From Auanema rhodensis (lineage: Eukaryota > Animalia > Nematoda), in contig OZ059898.1 of assembly GCA_964057225.1 (NCBI GenBank), forward strand, positions 2,976,001 through 3,040,000: a stretch of DNA of 64,000 nt, written 5' to 3'. The notes beneath the pieces are model-generated. The model was given only the letters and a program-made list of their open reading frames with translations. It made no database searches and was not told the DNA's origin. Positions within the stretch are counted from its first letter, which is position 1. Every line of letters begins with the position of its first letter. Both the position numbers and the translations under genes were made by a program. Below are positions 41,201 through 54,273 of this stretch, one piece after another.

Positions 41201-42509
41201 TAAGTTCACACTTATATCCTCGATTTTCACCCTGAAGAATTAACTTTTTCGTTGAATAACATTGTCTATCGTCTTTGCCTTGAAAAATGGAATCTAAAAA
41301 CATCTACTTTTTGGTAAATTATTTTGAAATTTTTCGAAAAAATTTTTGTCAAAATGTTTTTGGAAGCAATGTTGAGTGTACATGGAAACTCAACATACAC
41401 TAATGCATCATTTTTCAAACGATCATAACTAATTTTTGTATTAAGCGTTTTTCAATGTAGTATAGTGCATTCGATGCGGATTTTTAAGCTGCGTCGATCT
41501 GTGTTATCAGATTTGCGCTAGCTTAAAAATGCACCGAGATATCAACTGATATAAGTTCACACTTATATCCTCGATTTTCACCCTGAAGAAATAATTTTTT
41601 CGTTGAATAACATTGTCCATCGTCTTTGCCTTGAAAAAAGGAATCTAAAAACATCTACTTTTTGCTAAATTATTTTGAAATTTTTCGAAAAAATTTTTGT
41701 CAAAATTTTTTGGAAGCAATGTTGAGTGTACATGGAAACTCAACATACACTAATGCATCATTTTTCAAACGATCATAACTAATTTTTGTATTAAGCGTTT
41801 TTCAATGTAGTATAGTGCATTCGATGCGGATTTTTAAGCTGCGTCGATCTGTGTTATCAGATTTGCGCTAGCTTAAAAATGCACCGAGATATCAACTGAT
41901 ATAAGTTCACACTTATATCCTCGATTTTCACCCTGAAGAATTAACTTTTTCGTTGAATAACATTGTCTATCGTCTTTGCCTTGAAAAATGGAATCTAAAA
42001 ACATCTACTTTTTGGTAAATTATTTTGAAATTTTTCGAAAAAATTTTTGTCAAAATGTTTTTGGAAGCAATGTTGAGTGTACATGGAAACTCAACATACA
42101 CTAATGCATCATTTTTCTAACGATCATAACTAATTTTTGTATTAAGCTTTTCTCAATGTAGTATAGTGCATTCGATGCGGATTTTTAAGCTGCGTCGATC
42201 TGTGTTATCAGATTTGCGCTAGCTTAAAAATGCACCGAGATATCAACTGATATAAGTTCACACTTATATCCTCGATTTTCATCCTGAAGAATTGATTTTT
42301 TCGTTGAATAACATTGTCCATCGTCTTTGCCTTGAAAAATCGAATCTAAAAACATCTACTTTTCGCTAAATTAGATTGAAATTTTTCGAAAAAATTTTTG
42401 TCAAAATGTTTTTGGAAGCAATGTTGAGTGTACATGGAAACTCAACATACACTAATGCATCATTTTTCAAACGATCATAACTAATTTTTGTATCAAGCGT
42501 TTCTCCATG

Positions 42510-44615
42510 TAGTATAGTGCATTCGATGCGGATTTTTAAGCTGCGTCGATCTGTGTTATCAGATTTGCGCTAGCTTAAAAATGCACCGAGATATCAACTG
42601 ATATAAGTTCACACTTATATCCTCGATTTTCACCCTGAAGAATTAATTTTTTCGTTGAATAACATTGTCCATCGTCTTTGCCTTGAAAAATGGAAACTAA
42701 AAACATCTACTTTTTGCTAAATTATTTTGAAATTTTTCGAAAAAATTTTTGTCAAAATGTTTTTGGAAGCAATGTTGAGTGTACATGGAAACTCAACATA
42801 CACTAATGCATCATTTTTCGAACGATCATAACTAATTTTTGTATTAAGCTTTTCTCAATGTAGTATAGTGCATTCGATGCGGATTTTTAAGTTGCGTCGA
42901 TCTGTGTTATCAGATTTGCGCTAGCTTAAAAATGCACCGAGATATCAACTGATATGAGTTCACACTTATATCCTCGATTTTCACCCTGAAAAATTAATTT
43001 TTTCGTTGAATAACATCGTCCATCGTCTTTGCCTTGAAAAATGGAATCTAAAAACATCTACTTTTTGCTAAATTATTTTGAAATTTTTCGAAAAAATTTT
43101 TGTCAAAATGTTTTTGGAAGCAATGTTGAGTGTACATGGAAACTCAACATACACTAATGCATCATTTTTCAAACGATTATAACTAATTTTTGTATCAGGC
43201 GTTTCTCAATGTAGTATAGTGCATTCGATGCGGATTTTTAAGCTGCGTCGATCTGTGTTATCAGATTTGCGCTAGCTTAAAAATGCACCGAGATATCAAC
43301 TTTTATAAGTTCACACTTATATCCTCGATTTTCACCCTGAAGAATTAATTTTTTCGTTGAATAACATTGTCCATCGTCTTTGCCTTGAAAAATGGAATCT
43401 AGAAACATCTACTTTTTGCTGAATTATTTTAAAATTTTTCGAAAAAATTTCTGTCAAAATGTTTTTGGAAGCAATGTTGAATGTACATGGAAACTCAACA
43501 TACACTAATGCATCATTTTTCAAACGATCATAACTAATTTTTGTATCAAGTGTTTCTCAATGTAGTATAGTGCATTCGATGCGGATTTTTAAGCTGCGTC
43601 GATCTGTGTTATCAGATTTGCGCTAGCTTAAAAATGCACCGAGATATCAACTGATATAAGTTCACACTTATATCCTCGATTTTCACCCTGAAGAATTAAT
43701 TTTTTCGTTGAATAACATTGTCCATCGTCTTTGCCTTGAAAAATGGAAACTAAAAACATCTACTTTTTGCTAAATTATTTTGAAATTTTTCGAAAAAATT
43801 TTTGTCAAAATGTTTTTGGAAGCAATGTTGAGTGTACATGGAAACTCAACATACACTAATGCATCATTTTTCGAACGATCATAACTAATTTTTGTATTAA
43901 GCTTTTCTCAATGTAGTATAGTGCATTCGATGCGGATTTTTAAGTTGCGTCGATCTGTGTTATCAGATTTGCGCTAGCTTAAAAATGCACCGAGATATCA
44001 ACTGATATGAGTTCACACTTATATCCTCGATTTTCACCCTGAAAAATTAATTTTTTCGTTGAATAACATCGTCCATCGTCTTTGCCTTGAAAAATGGAAT
44101 CTAAAAACATCTACTTTTTGCTAAATTATTTTGAAATTTTTCGAAAAAATTTTTGTCAAAATGTTTTTGGAAGCAATGTTGAGTGTACATGGAAACTCAA
44201 CATACACTAATGCATCATTTTTCAAACGATTATAACTAATTTTTGTATCAGGCGTTTCTCAATGTAGTATAGTGCATTCGATGCGGATTTTTAAGCTGCG
44301 TCGATCTGTGTTATCAGATTTGCGCTAGCTTAAAAATGCAACGAGATATCAACTTTTATAAGTTCACACTTATATCCTCGATTTTCACCCTGAAGAATTA
44401 ATTTTTTCGTTGAATAACATTGTCCATCGTCTTTGCCTTGAAAAATGGAATCTAAAAACATCTACTTTTTGCTGAATTATTTTAAAATTTTTCGAAAAAA
44501 TTTCTGTCAAAATGTTTTTGGAAGCAATGTTGAATGTACATGGAAACTCAACATACACTAATGCATCATTTTTCAAACGATCATAACTAATTTTTGTATC
44601 AAGTGTTTCTCAATG
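42510..44615 (+). repeat. Tandem duplication of a 3-monomer unit (1053 bp)
   Basis: CTGAAAAATT (42991/44044), AAGTTGCG, GGAAACT and TCGAACG pair at offset 1053, as do the ORF-track hits at 43332/44385. Confidence 0.85.
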
Positions 44616-47600
44616 TAGTATAGTGCATTCGATGCGGATTTTTAAGCTGCGTCGATCTGTGTTATCAGATTTGCGCTAGCTTAAAAATGCACCGAGATAT
44701 CAACTGATATAAGTTCACACTTATATCCTCGATTTTCACCCTGAAGAATTAATTTTTTCGTTGAATAACATTGTCCATCGTCTTTGCCTTGAAAAATGGA
44801 ATCTAAAAACATCTACTTTTTGCTGAATTATTTTAAAATTTTTCGAAAAAATTTCTGTCAAAATGTTTTTGGAAGCAATGTTGAATGTACATGGAAACTC
44901 AACATACACTAATGCATCATTTTTCAAAGGATCATAACTAATTTTTGTATCAAGTGTTTCTCAATGTAGTATAGTGCATTCGATGCGGATTTTTAAGCTG
45001 CGTCGATCTGTGTTATCAGATTTGCGCTAGCTTAAAAATGCACCGAGATATCAACTGATATAAGTTCACACTTATATCCTCGATTTTCACCCTGAAGAAT
45101 TAATTTTTTCGTTGAATAACATTGTCCATCGTCTTTGCCTTGAAAAATGGAATCTAAAAACATCTACTTTTTGCTAAATTATTTTGAAATTTTTCGAAAA
45201 AATTTTTGTCAAAATGTTTTTGGAAGCAATGTTGAGTGTACATGGAAACTCAACATACACTAATGCATCATTTTTCAAACAATCATAACTAATTTTTGTA
45301 TTAAGCGTTTCTCAATGTAGTATAGTGCATTCGATGCGGATTTTTAAGCTGCGTCGATCTGTGTTATCAGATTTGCGCTAGCTTAAAAATGCACCGAGAT
45401 ATCAACTGATATAAGTTCACACTTATATCCTCGATTTTCATCCTGAAGAATTGATTTTTTCGTTGAATAACATTGTCCATCGTCTTTGCCTTGAAAAATC
45501 GAATCTAAAAACATCTACTTTTCGCTAAATTAGATTGAAATTTTTCGAAAAAATTTTTGTCAAAATGTTTTTGGAAGCAATGTTGAGTGTACATGGAAAC
45601 TCAACATACACTAATGCATCATTTTTCGAACGATCATAACTAATTTTTGTATTAAGCTTTTCTCAATGTAGTATAGTGCATTCGATGCGGATTTTTAAGT
45701 TGCGTCGATCTGTGTTATCAGATTTGCGCTAGCTTAAAAATGCACCGAGATATCAACTGATATGAGTTCACACTTATATCCTCGATTTTCACCCTGAAAA
45801 ATTAATTTTTTCGTTGAATAACATCGTCCATCGTCTTTGCCTTGAAAAATGGAATCTAAAAACATCTACTTTTTGCTAAATTATTTTGAAATTTTTCGAA
45901 AAAATTTTTGTCAAAATGTTTTTGGAAGCAATGTTGAGTGTACATGGAAACTCAACATACACTAATGCATCATTTTTCAAACGATTATAACTAATTTTTG
46001 TATCAGGCGTTTCTCAATGTAGTATAGTGCATTCGATGCGGATTTTTAAGCTGCGTCGATCTGTGTTATCAGATTTGCGCTAGCTTAAAAATGCACCGAG
46101 ATATCAACTTTTATAAGTTCACACTTATATCCTCGATTTTCACCCTGAAGAATTAATTTTTTCGTTGAATAACATTGTCCATCGTCTTTGCCTTGAAAAA
46201 TGGAATCTAGAAACATCTACTTTTTGCTAAATTATTTTGAAATTTTTCGAAAAAATTTTTGTCAAAATGTTTTTGGAAGCAATGTTGAGTGTACATGGAA
46301 ACTCAACATACACTAATGCATCATTTTTCGAACGATCATAACTAATTTTTGTATTAAGCTTTTCTCAATGTAGTATAGTGCATTCGATGCGGATTTTTAA
46401 GCTGCGTCGATCTGTGTTATCAGATTTGCGCTAGCTTAAAAATGCACCGAGATATCAACTGATATAAGTTCACACTTATATCCTCGATTTTCATCCTGAA
46501 GAATTGATTTTTTCGTTGAATAACATTGTCCATCGTCTTTGCCTTGAAAAATCGAATCTAAAAACATCTACTTTTCGCTAAATTATTTTGAAATTTTTCG
46601 AAAAAATTTTTGTCAAAATGTTTTTGGAAGCAATGTTGAGTGTACATGGAAACTCAACATACACTAATGCATCATTTTTCAAACGATTATAACTAATTTT
46701 TGTATCAGGCGTTTCTCAATGTAGTATAGTGCATTCGATGCGGATTTTTAAGCTGCGTCGATCTGTGTTATCAGATTTGCGCTAGCTTAAAAATGCACCG
46801 AGATATCAACTTTTATAAGTTCACACTTATATCCTCGATTTTCACCCTGAAGAATTAATTTTTTCGTTGAATAACATTGTCCATCGTCTTTGCCTTGAAA
46901 AATGGAATCTAGAAACATCTACTTTTTGCTGAATTATTTTAAAATTTTTCGAAAAAATTTCTGTCAAAATGTTTTTGGAAGCAATGTTGAATGTACATGG
47001 AAACTCAACATACACTAATGCATCATTTTTCAAACGATCATAACTAATTTTTGTATCAAGTGTTTCTCAATGTAGTATAGTGCATTCGATGCGGATTTTT
47101 AAGCTGCGTCGATCTGTGTTATCAGATTTGCGCTAGCTTAAAAATGCACCGAGATATCAACTGATATAAGTTCACACTTATATCCTCGATTTTCACCCTG
47201 AAGAATTAATTTTTTCGTTGAATAACATTGTCCATCGTCTTTGCCTTGAAAAATGGAATCTAAAAACATCTACTTTTTGCTGAATTATTTTAAAATTTTT
47301 CGAAAAAATTTCTGTCAAAATGTTTTTGGAAGCAATGTTGAATGTACATGGAAACTCAACATACACTAATGCATCATTTTTCAAACGATCATAACTAATT
47401 TTTGTATCAAGTGTTTCTCAATGTAGTATAGTGCATTCGATGCGGATTTTTAAGCTGCGTCGATCTGTGTTATCAGATTTGCGCTAGCTTAAAAATGCAC
47501 CGAGATATCAACTGATATAAGTTCACACTTATATCCTCGATTTTCACCCTGAAGAATTAATTTTTTCGTTGAATAACATTGTCCATCGTCTTTGCCTTGA

Positions 47601-48659
47601 AAAATGGAATCTAAAAACATCTACTTTTTGCTGAATTATTTTAAAATTTTTCGAAAAAATTTCTGTCAAAATGTTTTTGGAAGCAATGTTGAATGTACAT
47701 GGAAACTCAACATACACTAATGCATCATTTTTCAAACGATCATAACTAATTTTTGTATCAAGTGTTTCTCAATGTAGTATAGTGCATTCGATGCGGATTT
47801 TTAAGCTGCGTCGATCTGTGTTATCAGATTTGCGCTAGCTTAAAAATGCACCGAGATATCAACTTTTATAAGTTCACACTTATATCCTCGATTTTCACCC
47901 TGAAGAATTAATTTTTTCGTTGAATAACATTGTCCATCGTCTTTGCCTTGAAAAATGGAATCTAAAAACATCTACTTTTTGCTGAATTATTTTAAAATTT
48001 TTCGAAAAAATTTCTGTCAAAATGTTTTTGGAAGCAATGTTGAATGTACATGGAAACTCAACATACACTAATGCATCATTTTTCAAACGATCATAACTAA
48101 TTTTTGTATCAAGTGTTTCTCAATGTAAAATAGTGCATTCGATGCGGATTTTTAAGCTGCGTCGATCTGTGTTATCAGATTTGCGCTAGCTTAAAAATGC
48201 ACCGAGATATCAACTGATATAAGTTCACACTTATATCCTCGATTTTCACCCTGAAGAATTAATTTTTTCGTTGAATAACATTGTCCATCGTCTTTGCCTT
48301 GAAAAATGGAATCTAAAAACATCTACTTTTTGCTGAATTATTTTAAAATTTTTCGAAAAAATTTCTGTCAAAATGTTTTTGGAAGCAATGTTGAATGTAC
48401 ATGGAAACTCAACATACACTAATGCATCATTTTTCAAACGATCATAACTAATTTTTGTATCAAGTGTTTCTCAATGTAGTATAGTGCATTCGATGCGGAT
48501 TTTTAAGCTGCGTCGATCTGTGTTATCAGATTTGCGCTAGCTTAAAAATGCACCGAGATATCAACTGATATAAGTTCACACTTATATCCTCGATTTTCAC
48601 CCTGAAGAATTAATTTTTTCGTTGAATAACATTGTCCATCGTCTTTGCCTTGAAAAATG

Positions 48660-51600
48660 GAATCTAAAAACATCTACTTTTTGCTAAATTATTTTGAAAT
48701 TTTTCGAAAAAATTTTTGTCAAAATGTTTTTGGAAGCAATGTTGAGTGTACATGGAAACTCAACATACACTAATGCATCATTTTTCAAACAATCATAACT
48801 AATTTTTGTATTAAGCGTTTCTCAATGTAGTATAGTGCATTCGATGCGGATTTTTAAGCTCCGTCGATCTGTGTTATCAGATTTGCGCTAGCTTAAAAAT
48901 GCACCGAGATATCAACTGATATAAGTTCACACTTATATCCTCGATTTTCATCCTGAAGAATTGATTTTTTCGTTGAATAACATTGTCCATCGTCTTTGCC
49001 TTGAAAAATCGAATCTAAAAACATCTACTTTTCGCTAAATTAGATTGAAATTTTTCGAAAAAATTTTTGTCAAAATGTTTTTGGAAGCAATGTTGAGTGT
49101 ACATGGAAACTCAACATACACTAATGCATCATTTTTCAAACGATCATAACTAATTTTTGTATCAAGCGTTTCTCAATGTAGTATAGTGCATTCGATGGGG
49201 ATTTTTAAGCTGCGTCGATCTGTGTTATCAGATTTGCGCTAGCTTAAAAATGCACCGAGATATCAACTGATATAAGTTCACACTTATATCCTCGATTTTC
49301 ACCCTGAAGAATTAATTTTTTCGTTGAATAACATTGTCCATCGTCTTTGCCTTGAAAAAAGGAATCTAAACACATCTACTTTTTGCTAAATTATTTTGAA
49401 ATTTTTCGAAAAAATTTTTGTCAAAATTTTTTGGAAGCAATGTTGAGTGTACATGGAAACTCAACATACACTAATGCATCATTTTTCAAACGATCATAAC
49501 TAATTTTTGTATTAAGCTTTTCTCAATGTAGTATAGTGCATTCGATGCGGATTTTTAAGCTGCGTCGATCTGTGTTATCAGATTTGCGCTAGCTTAAAAA
49601 TGCACCGAGATATCAACTGATATAAGTTCACACTTATATCCTCGATTTTCACCCTGAAGAATTAATTTTTTCGTTGAATAACATTGTCCATCGTCTTTGC
49701 CTTGAAAAATGGAAACTAAAAACATCTACTTTTTGCTAAATTATTTTGAAATTTTTCGAAAAAATTTTTGTCAAAATGTTTTTGGAAGCAATGTTGAGTG
49801 TACATGGAAACTCAACATACACTAATGCATCATTTTTCGAACGATCATAACTAATTTTTGTATTAAGCTTTTCTCAATGTAGTATAGTGCATTCGATGCG
49901 GATTTTTAAGTTGCGTCGATCTGTGTTATCAGATTTGCGCTAGCTTAAAAATGCACCGAGATATCAACTGATATGAGTTCACACTTATATCCTCGATTTT
50001 CACCCTGAAGAATTAATTTTTTCGTTGAATAACATCGTCCATCGTCTTTGCCTTGAAAAATGGAATCTAAAAACATCTACTTTTTGCTAAATTATTTTGA
50101 AATTTTTCGAAAAAATTTTTGTCAAAATGTTTTTGGAAGCAATGTTGAGTGTACATGGAAACTCAACATACACTAATGCATCATTTTTCAAACGATTATA
50201 ACTGATTTTTGTATCAGGCGTTTCTCAATGTAGTATAGTGCATTCGATGCGGATTTTTAAGCTGCGTCGATCTGTGTTATCAGATTTGCGCTAGCTTAAA
50301 AATGCACCGAGATATCAACTTTTATAAGTTCACACTTATATCCTCGATTTTCACCCTGAAGAATTAATTTTTTCGTTGAATAACATTGTCCATCGTCTTT
50401 GCCTTGAAAAATGGAATCTAAAAACATCTACTTTTTGCTGAATTATTTTAAAATTTTTCGAAAAAATTTCTGTCAAAATGTTTTTGGAAGCAATGTTGAA
50501 TGTACATGGAAACTCAACATACACTAATGCATCATTTTTCAAACGATCATAACTAATTTTTGTATCAAGTGTTTCTCAATGTAGTATAGTGCATTCGATG
50601 CGGATTTTTAAGCTGCGTCGATCTGTGTTATCAGATTTGCGCTAGCTTAAAAATGCACCGAGATATCAACTGATATAAGTTCACACTTATATCCTCGATT
50701 TTCACCCTGAAGAATTAATTTTTTCGTTGAATAACATTGTCCATCGTCTTTGCCTTGAAAAATGGAATCTAAAAACATCTACTTTTTGCTAAATTATTTT
50801 GAAATTTTTCGAAAAAATTTTTGTCAAAATGTTTTTGGAAGCAATGTTGAGTGTACATGGAAACTCAACATACACTAATGCATCATTTTTCAAACAATCA
50901 TAACTAATTTTTGTATTAAGCGTTTCTCAATGTAGTATAGTGCATTCGATGCGGATTTTTAAGCTGCGTCGATCTGTGTTATCAGATTTGCGCTAGCTTA
51001 AAAATGCACCGAGATATCAACTGATATAAGTTCACACTTATATCCTCGATTTTCACCCTGAAGAATTAATTTTTGCGTTGAATAACATTGTCCATCGTCT
51101 TTGCCTTGAAAAATGGAATCTAAAAACATCTACTTTTTGCTAAATTATTTTGAAATTTTTCGAAAAAATTTTTGTCAAAATGTTTTTGGAAGCAATGTTG
51201 AGTGTACATGGAAACTCAACATACACTAATGCATCATTTTTCAAACGATTATAACTAATTTTTGTATCAGGCGTTTCTCAATGTAGTATAGTGCATTCGA
51301 TGCGGATTTTTAAGCTGCGTCGATCTGTGTTATCAGATTTGCGCTAGCTTAAAAATGCACCGAGATATCAACTTTTATAAGTTCACACTTATATCCTCGA
51401 TTTTCACCCTGAAGAATTAATTTTTTCGTTGAATAACATTGTCCATCGTCTTTGCCTTGAAAAAAGGAATCTAAAAACATCTACTTTTTGCTAAATTATT
51501 TTGAAATTTTTCGAAAAAATTTTTGTCAAAATGTTTTTGGAAGCAATGTTGAGTGTACATGGAAACTCAACATACACTAATGCATCATTTTTCAAACAAT

Positions 51601-54273
51601 CATAACTAATTTTTGTATTAAGCGTTTCTCAATGTAGTATAGTGCATTCGATGCGGATTTTTAAGCTGCGTCGATCTGTGTTATCAGATTTGCGCTAGCT
51701 TAAAAATGCACCGAGATATCAACTGATATAAGTTCACACTTATATCCTCGATTTTCATCCTGAAGAATTGATTTTTTCGTTGAATAACATTGTCCATCGT
51801 CTTTGCCTTGAAAAATCGAATCTAAAAACATCTACTTTTCGCTAAATTAGATTGAAATTTTTCGAAAAAATTTTTGTCAAAATGTTTTTGGAAGCAATGT
51901 TGAGTGTACATGGAAACTCAACATACACTAATGCATCATTTTTCAAACGATCATAACTAATTTTTGTATCAAGCGTTTCTCAATGTAGTATAGTGCATTC
52001 GATGGGGATTTTTAAGCTGCGTCGATCTGTGTTATCAGATTTGCGCTAGCTTAAAAATGCACCGAGATATCAACTGATATAAGTTCACACTTATATCCTC
52101 GATTTTCACCCTGAAGAATTAATTTTTTCGTTGAATAACATTGTCCATCGTCTTTGCCTTGAAAAAAGGAATCTAAACACATCTACTTTTTGCTAAATTA
52201 TTTTGAAATTTTTCGAAAAAATTTTTGTCAAAATTTTTTGGAAGCAATGTTGAGTGTACATGGAAACTCAACATACACTAATGCATCATTTTTCAAACGA
52301 TCATAACTAATTTTTGTATTAAGCTTTTCTCAATGTAGTATAGTGCATTCGATGCGGATTTTTAAGCTGCGTCGATCTGTGTTATCAGATTTGCGCTAGC
52401 TTAAAAATGCACCGAGATATCAACTGATATAAGTTCACACTTATATCCTCGATTTTCACCCTGAAGAATTAATTTTTTCGTTGAATAACATTGTCCATCG
52501 TCTTTGCCTTGAAAAATGGAAACTAAAAACATCTACTTTTTGCTAAATTATTTTGAAATTTTTCGAAAAAATTTTTGTCAAAATGTTTTTGGAAGCAATG
52601 TTGAGTGTACATGGAAACTCAACATACACTAATGCATCATTTTTCGAACGATCATAACTAATTTTTGTATTAAGCTTTTCTCAATGTAGTATAGTGCATT
52701 CGATGCGGATTTTTAAGTTGCGTCGATCTGTGTTATCAGATTTGCGCTAGCTTAAAAATGCACCGAGATATCAACTGATATGAGTTCACACTTATATCCT
52801 CGATTTTCACCCTGAAGAATTAATTTTTTCGTTGAATAACATCGTCCATCGTCTTTGCCTTGAAAAATGGAATCTAAAAACATCTACTTTTTGCTAAATT
52901 ATTTTGAAATTTTTCGAAAAAATTTTTGTCAAAATGTTTTTGGAAGCAATGTTGAGTGTATATGGAAACTCAACATACACTAATGCATCATTTTTCAAAC
53001 GATTATAACTAATTTTTGTATCAGGCGTTTCTCAATGTAGTATAGTGCATTCGATGCGGATTTTTAAGCTGCGTCGATCTGTGTTATCAGATTTGCGCTA
53101 GCTTAAAAATGCACCGAGATATCAACTTTTATAAGTTCACACTTATATCCTCGATTTTCACCCTGAAGAATTAATTTTTTCGTTGAATAACATTGTCCAT
53201 CGTCTTTGCCTTGAAAAATGGAATCTAAAAACATCTACTTTTTGCTGAATTATTTTAAAATTTTTCGAAAAAATTTCTGTCAAAATGTTTTTGGAAGCAA
53301 TGTTGAATGTACATGGAAACTCAACATACACTAATGCATCATTTTTCAAACGATCATAACTAATTTTTGTATCAAGTGTTTCTCAATGTAGTATAGTGCA
53401 TTCGATGCGGATTTTTAAGCTGCGTCGATCTGTGTTATCAGATTTGCGCTAGCTTAAAAATGCACCGAGATATCAACTGATATAAGTTCACACTTATATC
53501 CTCGATTTTCACCCTGAAGAATTAATTTTTTCGTTGAATAACATTGTCCATCGTCTTTGCCTTGAAAAATGGAATCTAAAAACATCTACTTTTTGCTAAA
53601 TTATTTTGAAATTTTTCGAAAAAATTTTTGTCAAAATGTTTTTGGAAGCAATGTTGAGTGTACATGGAAACTCAACATACACTAATGCATCATTTTTCAA
53701 ACAATCATAACTAATTTTTGTATTAAGCGTTTCTCAATGTAGTATAGTGCATTCGATGCGGATTTTTAAGCTGCGTCGATCTGTGTTATCAGATTTGCGC
53801 TAGCTTAAAAATGCACCGAGATATCAACTGATATAAGTTCACACTTATATCCTCGATTTTCACCCTGAAGAATTAATTTTTGCGTTGAATAACATTGTCC
53901 ATCGTCTTTGCCTTGAAAAATGGAATCTAAAAACATCTACTTTTTGCTAAATTATTTTGAAATTTTTCGAAAAAATTTTTGTCAAAATGTTTTTGGAAGC
54001 AATGTTGAGTGTACATGGAAACTCAACATACACTAATGCATCATTTTTCAAACGATTATAACTAATTTTTGTATCAGGCGTTTCTCAATGTAGTATAGTG
54101 CATTCGATGCGGATTTTTAAGCTGCGTCGATCTGTGTTATCAGATTTGCGCTAGCTTAAAAATGCACCGAGATATCAACTTTTATAAGTTCACACTTATA
54201 TCCTCGATTTTCACCCTGAAGAATTAATTTTTTCGTTGAATAACATTGTCCATCGTCTTTGCCTTGAAAAAAG
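48660..54273 (+). repeat. Tandem duplication of an 8-monomer unit (2807 bp)
   Basis: Rare SNPs pair at offset 2807: GATGGGG (49194/52001), CTAAACACATC (49371/52178), TTTGCGTTG (51075/53882). ORF-track hits at 50351/53158 have the same offset. Confidence 0.9.
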
